Positions 1 to 8,016 of a DNA stretch of 64,000 bases are shown piece by piece. How positions within the stretch are numbered: position 1 is the stretch's first letter; each line of letters opens with the position of its first letter. The notes under the pieces are model-generated. The model did no database searches and was not told the DNA's origin. It saw only the letters and a list, made by a program, of their open reading frames with translations. The stretch lies in assembly GCA_045613985.1 (NCBI GenBank), contig JAZLCA010000001.1, positions 616 to 64,615 of the forward strand, given 5' to 3'. The position numbers and the translations under genes are program-made. Source of the stretch: Eubacteriales bacterium (GTDB lineage Bacteria; Bacillota; Clostridia; Oscillospirales; CAG-272).

Positions 1-1447
1 CCAACACCAGCGCGTCTGCTTTGCCAAGCGCTCGCCACAACGGATACGGACGGTCGCGGCGCACCGCTTCAATGTCGCCAAACAGTGACCGACGGCCCGA
101 AGGATCGCGGACGGCGACGGTGAGCGTCAGGCGAGCGGGCAGACAAGCGCTCTCTTCGGCCGCAAGACGGATGGGGGCGGGTTTTTGCTGCCACCGATCG
201 ATCAAACGGCGCAAGATAACGTCGTCCCCAAGATTTCCACAGCCGGCATAGCCAAGGATGAGAACGCGCAAGGGCGGACGCTCCTTTGTTGCGCGAAGAT
301 AAACGGCTTCGGTCGCCTCTGCCATGCGGCCTTTGTCATAACGGGCGCGCGCCAGACGGCACAGTGAGTCAGCCGTCTCGCTCTTTTGGCGGTCGCTCAT
401 GTCAAGCCAACGAAAAAAAGCGGCATCCAGCCCCGATCCGCTCAAGAGCATCTCATTCCGACCGCAGAAATTGCCCGCCGCGAAGCGCTCAAACGATTCG
501 GGGAAAAGCAAGCCGCCAAAGCCCTCGTTGCCCGCCAAAATCACACCAAGCCCACAGCACATAGCCTCAATGGCCGCCCGCGACACTCCGACAAACACGT
601 CTCCCTTTTTCAAAATCGTGCTCATATCGCTGACGGCCCCCACCGCGACCACACACCGTTTTCCCAGCTCCCGATTGACTTTTTCGGCCCTTTGCGAAAT
701 CTCTGCCAAGCAGCTTCCCCCGCCCGCTATCGTCAGGTGCAACGACTTGCCACACGCCTTGGCGCGGCGGTGCCAATCGGCAAATCGGTCGAGCAGAAGA
801 TGTGCGGCGGCCGAGCAGTCCTCGTCCAATCGGCTGGCAAAAACGATGCAAAGCCGGTCGGACGCCTCTTTTTTCGAAGGGCAGAATCGAGCGGTATCAA
901 TACCGTTTTCGACCACGTCCACCTTGCTTTTCGGCACGCCGAAGGTACTACCCAGATGCTCGCGCAAGTCCTCGCTGACCGCCACCGTCCGCTCGCCCCA
1001 ATAAGACAGGCGCCGCCATCGCGGGCGAAATTTTGCATGGCAGGTGACGATCAACCGGGGAGAGAATATCTTGCCAAGCGACCGCTTGCGGTAGGGAAAG
1101 CCTCGGTTTCCTTTCAAACGTAAAAGATCGGGACGGAAGAACAGACCGAACAGGCGCAAAAGAAAGGCGGTTTTTCGGGTGTGAGCGTGCAAAACGTCAA
1201 ATTTTTCTGTTTTTTGCAATCGGCATAAAAACAAAAGATTGCCCGGGGCAAAAAGGACGCGGCAAGAAAAGGGGTGGCGCGGCCGCAGCGTGCGGACGTT
1301 GCGAGGGCCGAGCGCTTGCTCCAGCGCACCGCCGTCGGACAGGATGCTGACGTCGTGTCCGCGCGCGGCGAGAGCCTCGGCCAGCGTCACGACGTGAGTT
1401 TCGGCACCGCCGGGGGAAAGAGCGTCGATGAGAAGCAGGATTTTCAT
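1..1447 (-). CDS. Glycosyltransferase family 4 domain fused to a CsaB-like polysaccharide pyruvyl transferase domain (partial, continues past window start)
   Basis: Absent from the ORF track because no stop lies in the window. Manual reverse-strand translation from the ATG at 1447 reads MKILLLIDALSPGGAETHVVTLAEALAARGHDV... (GT4 N-terminus), then ...VENGIDTARF..., ...RAAIEAMCCGLGVILAGNEGFGG..., then ...PLRVLILGYAGCGNLGDDVILRRLIDRW... (pyruvyl-transferase-like). The frame appears open to base 1. Confidence 0.7.
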   Translation of the reverse strand, partial: MKILLLIDALSPGGAETHVVTLAEALAARGHDVSILSDGGALEQALGPRNVRTLRPRHPFSCRVLFAPGNLLFLCRLQKTEKFDVLHAHTRKTAFLLRLFGLFFRPDLLRLKGNRGFPYRKRSLGKIFSPRLIVTCHAKFRPRWRRLSYWGERTVAVSEDLREHLGSTFGVPKSKVDVVENGIDTARFCPSKKEASDRLCIVFASRLDEDCSAAAHLLLDRFADWHRRAKACGKSLHLTIAGGGSCLAEISQRAEKVNRELGKRCVVAVGAVSDMSTILKKGDVFVGVSRAAIEAMCCGLGVILAGNEGFGGLLFPESFERFAAGNFCGRNEMLLSGSGLDAAFFRWLDMSDRQKSETADSLCRLARARYDKGRMAEATEAVYLRATKERPPLRVLILGYAGCGNLGDDVILRRLIDRWQQKPAPIRLAAEESACLPARLTLTVAVRDPSGRRSLFGDIEAVRRDRPYPLWRALGKADALVL

Positions 1448-1619
1448 GTACAATCTCCTTTTTTGATAGTATGGGCGACGGGGACAGAGATTAAACTTTT
1501 GTTTTTTGATTTGCAACTCGTTTTCCTCAAAACAACTTTCCCCGCCGCCCACCGTTGACAAATCCTCCTTCTCTTGCTATAATAAAACCAATCAATTCAA
1601 AAGAAAGGAAGTCGTTCCT

Positions 1620-3533
1620 ATGATTCTTCGTTCTCCTTCCGTGCCGTTGATCACCGTCGATCCCTATTTCAGCCTGTGGTCGCCCGCCGACCGCCTGACC
1701 GACATCCATACCTGCCATTGGACCAATCGCCCCATGAATTTGCAGGGCGTCGCCACCATCGATGGCGTCGACTACCGCTTTATCGGCAATAAAAATATCC
1801 CCGCCATGCGTCAGGTCTCCCTCGACGTCGAGGCGTTTACCACCACTTACGTATTTGAGGCGGCAGGTGTCGAGCTGACCGCCTTGTTCACCACCCCCAT
1901 TCTGCCCGACGACACGTATCTCATCTCCCGTCCCGTCAGCTACCTTGAGATCATCGCCCGTCCGACCGATGGCGAGGAGCATAGCGTAAGCGTCAAGCTG
2001 TCCGCGTCGGAGGAGTTCTGCCTGCACGAAAAGGGACAGGATGCCGTCGTGGCCGAGACGGTTGCGATCGACGGTCTGTCCACCATGAAAATGGGCAGCG
2101 TCAGCCAGCCGATCTTGCATTGCAGTGGCGACGACAGACGCATCGATTGGGGCTATTTCTATCTGTCCGTCGAGGGCGGCGCGCTCGGCTATCTCTCTCG
2201 CGAGGAGTCGGACGACGGCATGGCGTATCTGACCGCCGAGGCCTGCGTGAACGACAGCGTGCTGTTTACCTTCGCCTATGACGATATCGAAAGCATCCAG
2301 TACTTCGGTCAAAATCTCAAGGCCTACTGGAAGCATCATTGCCCCAATATCGAAACGGCCATCCGCCAGGCTCACGAGGATTATCTGGCCGTCATGGATC
2401 GATGCAAGACCTTCTCCGACCGCCTGTTTGTTGACGCCGTTCGCGCGGGCGGCGAAAAGTACGCCGAGATCCTGCTGCTCGCGTTGCGCCAGACCATCCA
2501 TTCGCATAAATTGGTGCTGGACGAAAACGGCGAAATCCTCTTTATTTCCAAGGAAAACTTCTCCAACGGTTGCGCCGCCACGGTGGACGTCAGCTACCCC
2601 TCCATTCCGCTGTATCTGCTCTATAATCCCGAATTGATCCGCGGCATGATGCGCCCCATCTACCGCTTTGCCGCCAGCGATGCCTGGAAATTTGATTTTG
2701 CCCCCCACGACGCAGGACAGTATCCGCTGGTCAACGGTCAGGTCTACTGGCTCGATCGCAAGACGGGAGAGCTGGTGCGCAACGGCCAGATGCCCGTCGA
2801 GGAATGCGGCAATATGCTGATCATGGAAGCCGCCACGGCCGTCGCGTCGGGCGATGCTTCGTTTGCCGCCGAGCATCTTGACGTGCTGGAGGATTGGGTG
2901 AAATATCTCATCGCCAACGGCGACGATCCCGATCACCAGCTCTGCACCGACGACTTTGCCGGTCACCTGGCTCACAACTGCAACCTGACGCTCAAGGCCA
3001 TCATGGGCATCGCCTCGCTGGGAATTTTGTACCGTATGCTGGATCGCCCCGAGGATGCCGACCGTATGCTGACCGTCGCCAAAGAAAAGGCCGAGGGCTT
3101 TTTGCCCCGCGCTCTCAATGCCGACGGCTCCTACCGCCTGGCCTTTGACCGCGAGGGTACCTTCAGCCTCAAATACAATCTGATCTGGGATCAGCTGTTT
3201 GGTCTTGATCTGTTCCCCGTACACTTCCGCGAGGCCGAGATCAGCCGCTACAAGAGAGAAGCCCACGCCTATGGCACCCCGCTCGACAGCCGCAAGACCT
3301 ACACCAAGGCCGATTGGCTCATCTGGGCGGCGGCTCTTTCGACCAACCGCGCCGATTTCGAGGCGATCGTCGATCCCCTGTGGAAAAATTACCACGAATC
3401 CCCCTCCCGCGTTCCCCTGACCGACTGGTACGATACCGTCACCTCCAACCAGTGCGGCTTCCAAAACCGCACCGTCGTCGGCGGCTATTTCATTCAACTG
3501 CTTGCCTATAAGGGCTATCTGAAGGTGGATTGA
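1620..3533 (+). CDS. Glutaminase-A-like family protein (DUF5127/DUF4965/DUF1793-type)
   Basis: ORF 1506..3533. Internal ATG at 1620 is preceded by GAAAGGAAG. N-terminus MILRSPSVPLITVDPYFSLWSP and the length fit this family. Confidence 0.75.
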   Translation: MILRSPSVPLITVDPYFSLWSPADRLTDIHTCHWTNRPMNLQGVATIDGVDYRFIGNKNIPAMRQVSLDVEAFTTTYVFEAAGVELTALFTTPILPDDTYLISRPVSYLEIIARPTDGEEHSVSVKLSASEEFCLHEKGQDAVVAETVAIDGLSTMKMGSVSQPILHCSGDDRRIDWGYFYLSVEGGALGYLSREESDDGMAYLTAEACVNDSVLFTFAYDDIESIQYFGQNLKAYWKHHCPNIETAIRQAHEDYLAVMDRCKTFSDRLFVDAVRAGGEKYAEILLLALRQTIHSHKLVLDENGEILFISKENFSNGCAATVDVSYPSIPLYLLYNPELIRGMMRPIYRFAASDAWKFDFAPHDAGQYPLVNGQVYWLDRKTGELVRNGQMPVEECGNMLIMEAATAVASGDASFAAEHLDVLEDWVKYLIANGDDPDHQLCTDDFAGHLAHNCNLTLKAIMGIASLGILYRMLDRPEDADRMLTVAKEKAEGFLPRALNADGSYRLAFDREGTFSLKYNLIWDQLFGLDLFPVHFREAEISRYKREAHAYGTPLDSRKTYTKADWLIWAAALSTNRADFEAIVDPLWKNYHESPSRVPLTDWYDTVTSNQCGFQNRTVVGGYFIQLLAYKGYLKVD

Positions 3534-3537
3534 TCGT

Positions 3538-4110
3538 ATGGCAAAAGTGAACTGGAAGGGCTCGACGTTGCTTGGTCCTTTGCCGACCGTCATGGTCAGC
3601 TGCGGCAGCATGGAACAGAGCAATATTATTACCGTCGCTTGGACGGGCATTCTGAACACTCATCCGGCCAAGACCTACGTTTCCATTCGACCGGGCCGCC
3701 ATTCCTACGGCATCATCAAGGAGAGCGGGGAATTTACCCTCAATCTCACCCCCGCCCGACTCGTTCGTACGGCCGACTATTGCGGTATGTACACGGGAGC
3801 CAAGGTGGATAAATTTGCCAAATGCGGGCTGACCAAAGAGGAAGGATACGCCGTGTCCTGTCCGGCGATTGCCGAATGTCCCCTGTCGCTGGAATGTCGG
3901 GTGACCGACGTTGTGCCGCTGGGCACACACGATATGTTTATTGCCGACATTGTGGCGGTTCGTGCGGACGAGGCTTTGCTTGATGAGACGGGAAAGCTTT
4001 GCATGGAACGCGCCGACCTTGCCGCGTTTGCCCACGGGGAGTATTTTTCGCTGGGCAAGAAGATCGGAAAGTTCGGCTTTTCGGCAGTGAAGAAAAAGAA
4101 GAAAAGATAA
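3538..4110 (+). CDS. Flavin reductase-like (FMN-binding split-barrel) protein
   Basis: 190-aa ORF. Pattern ...PLPTVMVSCG....NIITVAWTG......YVSIRP.R.SY..I..SGEFT.N... is typical of the flavin reductase domain. Confidence 0.85.
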   Translation: MAKVNWKGSTLLGPLPTVMVSCGSMEQSNIITVAWTGILNTHPAKTYVSIRPGRHSYGIIKESGEFTLNLTPARLVRTADYCGMYTGAKVDKFAKCGLTKEEGYAVSCPAIAECPLSLECRVTDVVPLGTHDMFIADIVAVRADEALLDETGKLCMERADLAAFAHGEYFSLGKKIGKFGFSAVKKKKKR

Positions 4111-4291
4111 CGAAAAGGGCGAGATTTCTCGCTCTTTTCGTTGGTCATGGGGGATTGGCTGAATTTTTACAACTTCTGCTACGGAGGTGCGCGCCGCAGG
4201 CACAGGGTGAGCGTACGTAGGAAAAGTTGGTAAAAGTTTAACTGCCCCCCTCTCACCCTCCCCAAAAATTTCTGCCAATTTCCCAAAAAAC

Positions 4292-4320
4292 TTGCAAAAC
4301 CCCGAACTTTATGATATAAT
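4292..4320 (+). promoter_or_regulatory. Sigma-A-type promoter TTGCAA-17-TATAAT
   Basis: -35 at 4292-4297 and -10 at 4315-4320, 30 nt upstream of the GTG start at 4350. Confidence 0.6.
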
Positions 4321-4349
4321 TTTCCCATCTAACCTGCGGAGGTGATGAC

Positions 4350-6266
4350 GTGAAGCAAAAAATGCCGAAAAAATTTCTAATACTGTCCATCCTCGGCGTC
4401 GTTGCCTTCGTCGCCATCCTTGCCTGGTTTTTTTCGTTCGGCGATAATTACGAGCTCGTCCGCAGCGTTTTCTTTTCGAAAAACACCAGCGAACAAATGC
4501 GAGATAAGCTTCAGGACATGGGCCTGCGCGGTCAGATCGCCGTTGGCGTTCTCTCCATGCTGCAAGTAATTCTGTCGTTCCTTCCCGCCGAGCCCGTTCA
4601 AATGCTGGCCGGATTGTCCTTCGGGTTTTGGCAGGGCTTGCTCATCTGTGCGGCCGGCGTTCTGGTGGGGAATCTCGTGATCTACCTCGTCTATCGCCTG
4701 TTCGGCAACCAACTTCGCGACTATTTCGTTACCAACCTGAAGGTCAATCTGGACCGCGCCGCCACGTCGGATAAGGTGGTTCTGATTGTTTTTATCCTGT
4801 ATTTTTTGCCGGCCATCCCCTACGGTATGATCTGTTTTTTCGCGGCAAGCACGGGCATGAAATATCCCCGCTACGCCGCTGTGACACTCCTGGGAAGCCT
4901 CCCCTCGATCTGCATCGGCGTCGGCATCGGCAACATGGCCGTCATGCACGGCTGGGTGATCTCCACCTGCGTGTTTTTGTTGCTGATCGTTCTGTTGGTG
5001 ATCGTCATGATCAACCGCGAATCCCTGTTCGGAAAACTGAACGCCTATATCGAAAAGCACCAGAAAAAAGCTACGGTCGTCAAGGAGATCCGCCCCCGCC
5101 ATCTGCTTTTGGCCTACGTCATCTCCCGCATCGTGCTGTTTTTCTGCGGCGTTCGGGTGCGTATGACCGACCGCGTCGGCAAGAATATGCAATCGCCCTG
5201 CGTCGTGCTGTGCAACCACGGCTCTTTCGTGGATTTTATCTACGCAGGGGGGCTTGTGCTTCGGCATAGTCCCAATTTCATCGTTGCCCGCCTGTATTTT
5301 TACCGCCGTGACCTGGCAAAGCTGCTCCGCGCCCACGGCTGTTTCCCTAAAAGTATGTTTACGTTGGATTACGAAAGCGTCAAAAACAGCATGGCGGTGC
5401 TCAAGCGCGGCGGCGTGCTGACCATGATGCCCGAAGCCAGACTTTCCACCGCGGGACGCTTTGAGGACATCCAACCCGGCACCTATTCCTTCCTTCAGAA
5501 AATGGGCGTTCCCCTCTATACCGTCACCATCCACGGCGACTATTTTGCTGATCCCAAGTGGGGCAGGGGATTGCGCCGCGGAGCATTGGTTGAGGCGACG
5601 CTAGAACCTCTTCTGTCCGCCGAGCAGATCCGGAGCATGACGCCGGAAGAGATTGGCCGCGCGGTCGAAGAGCGGCTGTATTACAATGAATTTGAATGGA
5701 TCGAAACTCGGCCGAAGGTTCGTTACCGCTCCAAAAAGCTGGCCGAGGGACTGGAGAATATCCTGACGACCTGCCCGCATTGCCTCCAAAAATACACGCT
5801 GACCACCAAGGGCCGCGACGTTTTTTGCGATCATTGCGGCAAGATCGCCACGCTGGACGACCGCTATTCCTTTGTGGACGGCGCGCCGTTCGAAAATTTC
5901 TCTCTTTGGTACGACTGGCAAAAGGCCGAGCTGCAAAAAACGATCGAAGCCGATGCCGATTATACCCTGTCCTCCCGTGTGACGCTGTTCCGCCCCTCGA
6001 CCGATGGAAAGAAGCTGCTGCGCGAGGCGGGCGCGGGCGAGTGCACCTTGACGCGCGAAGGACTTACTTACCGCGGCACACAGGATGGCGAGGATTTTGA
6101 ATTTTCGGTGTCCTTGGATCGCATCTATCGTTTGCTGTTCGGCGCAGGCGAGAATTTTGAGGTCTACGTCGGCAAAGAGATCTACTATTTTGTTCCCGAA
6201 GACCGCAGAAGCGCGGTCGAGTGGTATATGGCGTCTATGATCCTGTGGGACGAGGCGCATCGCTGA
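4350..6266 (+). CDS. Membrane protein fusing a TVP38/DedA-like domain to a PlsC-type acyltransferase domain, with a C-terminal zinc-ribbon region
   Basis: 638-aa ORF with a multi-TM N-terminal half, the acyltransferase HxxxxD motif (CNHGSFVDF), and CPHC...CDHC near the C-terminus. Confidence 0.7.
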   Translation: MKQKMPKKFLILSILGVVAFVAILAWFFSFGDNYELVRSVFFSKNTSEQMRDKLQDMGLRGQIAVGVLSMLQVILSFLPAEPVQMLAGLSFGFWQGLLICAAGVLVGNLVIYLVYRLFGNQLRDYFVTNLKVNLDRAATSDKVVLIVFILYFLPAIPYGMICFFAASTGMKYPRYAAVTLLGSLPSICIGVGIGNMAVMHGWVISTCVFLLLIVLLVIVMINRESLFGKLNAYIEKHQKKATVVKEIRPRHLLLAYVISRIVLFFCGVRVRMTDRVGKNMQSPCVVLCNHGSFVDFIYAGGLVLRHSPNFIVARLYFYRRDLAKLLRAHGCFPKSMFTLDYESVKNSMAVLKRGGVLTMMPEARLSTAGRFEDIQPGTYSFLQKMGVPLYTVTIHGDYFADPKWGRGLRRGALVEATLEPLLSAEQIRSMTPEEIGRAVEERLYYNEFEWIETRPKVRYRSKKLAEGLENILTTCPHCLQKYTLTTKGRDVFCDHCGKIATLDDRYSFVDGAPFENFSLWYDWQKAELQKTIEADADYTLSSRVTLFRPSTDGKKLLREAGAGECTLTREGLTYRGTQDGEDFEFSVSLDRIYRLLFGAGENFEVYVGKEIYYFVPEDRRSAVEWYMASMILWDEAHR

Positions 6267-6315
6267 CCCTTTGGCATTACAATTTACAATACTGAAAAAG
6301 GAAGTGGATACGGTA

Positions 6316-7764
6316 ATGAAACAACCGAAAGACAACGGCGAAGCATCCAAAAAATCCTTTACCGGCATTGAAACGCGGGTATTTATCACCGTCGTCATCG
6401 TTTTGTCGGTCGTACTGATCGCGTGCGGCGCGCTTTCCTACTTCATTCCGCAAGGAACGTTTTTGCGGGACGAGAGCGGCGCCATTTTGACCGAGACCTA
6501 CGAGCAGGGAAGCGTTTCGGGTATTGCGCCCTGGCGAGTGGTGACGGCCCCCTTGCGGGTGTTTGCCTCGGAAGATGCGGTTACTATTCTCATGATCAGC
6601 GTCTTTTTGCTCGTCATGAGCGGCGTGTTCAACCTGCTTGAAAAAACGGGCGGCATCCGCATTTTCATTCAGCGTCTGATCGGACGTTTGCAGGGACACG
6701 GCGGCGCTACGGTGTGCATCACCGTTTTGATCTTTATGCTGTTCGGCAGCTTTTTCGGTATGTTTGAGGAGCTGGTTACCCTGCTTCCTATTATCATCCT
6801 GGCCATGCTGTCCATGAATATGGATACTATGATGGGACTTGGCGCTTGCCTGTTGGCGGCTTGCTTTGGCTTTTCCGCCGCCATTACCAATCCCTTTTCG
6901 GTGGGACTTGCGGCCCAAGTCGCAGGCCACGCCATGTCGGATGGCGTGTGGCTCCGTCTCGTCTTTTTCGCCATGACTTATCTGACGCTGTGCGGCTTTT
7001 TGATGCTGCACCTGCGCCGCATCCGAAAAAATCCCGCCCTCTCGCCCAGCTACGCCCGGGATCAAGAGCGGCGACTGGCCCTGCAAACCCAAGAAACCCC
7101 GCAACAGCTTGACGAAAATAAGACCTTTTGCGTGTATTCCGCCTTCTTTTTGGCACAAGCAGCGGTCCTTGTGCTGGTCGCGTCGGTTCGTGCCATCTCG
7201 GGATTGGCCATTCCCATTCTCGCCGTCAGCTTTTTGATCGGCGGCATCGTCTGCGGACTTTTGGTGTGCGATCAAAAACGCAAAGTGGCCGCTTACATAT
7301 TGCAGGGCGCCGTTTCCATGCTGCCTGCCGTGTTTATCATCGCCATGGCCTCGTCTGCGAAGCTGATCATGGCGGAAAGCGGCATCATGGATACCGTGAT
7401 GCACCGCGTGATCACGCTGCTGGAGGGCAAAAATCCCTTCCTTGCCATCTTTTTGATCTACGTTCTGATCTTGTTTTTGCAGACCTTCATCGGTTCTGCC
7501 TCGGCCAAGATCCTGTTGGTTATGCCCATCGTTATGCCGGTGGCAACCGCCCTGGGACTTTCTCCCTCGCTGGTCATTCTCGCCTATTGCATGGCGGACG
7601 GCTTTACCGACGTCATCCTGCCCACCAATCCCGTCCTGCTCATTGGCCTTTCCATGGCCAACGTCTCTTACGGCAAATGGGTCAGGTGGACCTGGAAACT
7701 GCAAGCTTTCGTCTTTCTTCTCACCATCGCCGTCCTGTTCTTCGGCGTGGCGATTGGGTATTGA
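6316..7764 (+). CDS. YfcC/DcuC-type anion (putative amino-acid) permease
   Basis: ORF 6271..7764. ATG at 6316 (MKQPKDNGE...). Polytopic membrane protein with YfcC-like segments (FLLVMSGVFNLLEKTGGI). Confidence 0.75.
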   Translation: MKQPKDNGEASKKSFTGIETRVFITVVIVLSVVLIACGALSYFIPQGTFLRDESGAILTETYEQGSVSGIAPWRVVTAPLRVFASEDAVTILMISVFLLVMSGVFNLLEKTGGIRIFIQRLIGRLQGHGGATVCITVLIFMLFGSFFGMFEELVTLLPIIILAMLSMNMDTMMGLGACLLAACFGFSAAITNPFSVGLAAQVAGHAMSDGVWLRLVFFAMTYLTLCGFLMLHLRRIRKNPALSPSYARDQERRLALQTQETPQQLDENKTFCVYSAFFLAQAAVLVLVASVRAISGLAIPILAVSFLIGGIVCGLLVCDQKRKVAAYILQGAVSMLPAVFIIAMASSAKLIMAESGIMDTVMHRVITLLEGKNPFLAIFLIYVLILFLQTFIGSASAKILLVMPIVMPVATALGLSPSLVILAYCMADGFTDVILPTNPVLLIGLSMANVSYGKWVRWTWKLQAFVFLLTIAVLFFGVAIGY

Positions 7765-7794
7765 GAGCTCACTGAAAACCAATAAAATAAACAA

Positions 7795-7830
7795 AAAAGA
7801 GAGCGCGAGATTTTTCGCGCTCTTTTTTGT
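7795..7830 (+). terminator. Intrinsic terminator
   Basis: GAGCGCGA / TCGCGCTC stem (7801-7822) flanked by an A-tract and TTTTTTG. Confidence 0.85.
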
Positions 7831-8016
7831 TGGGCGTTGGCATGCCGTAAAAATTGTGATATGATGGATGTGCCAAACAAACAGAACAAACGTGAATCAG
7901 AGGTGTGTTACCTTCCTTTTTACATAATGGTAGTCTAACAATTATCGGAGTTTGCGCGTTTGCTTTGGTAGGCGCAACCTTTATTATTTCTTTGGAGGCA
8001 GAGTGAAAATGAAAAA

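Noticed and set aside
386-1123. Plus-strand ORFs of 245 and 201 aa at the left edge
   Set aside because: They are antisense or overlapping to the glycosyltransferase gene found by manual translation of the minus strand. They are Arg/Pro/Ser-rich and have no RBS.
1527-3659. Long antisense ORFs here and at 17941-20379, 33191-35227, 45030-47687, 55894-57357, 43020-44333, 54276-55400 and 52784-54067
   Set aside because: All are mirror-frame shadows of genes with recognisable families or good RBS and terminator context. Stop-poor antisense frames are a general property of this high-GC sequence.
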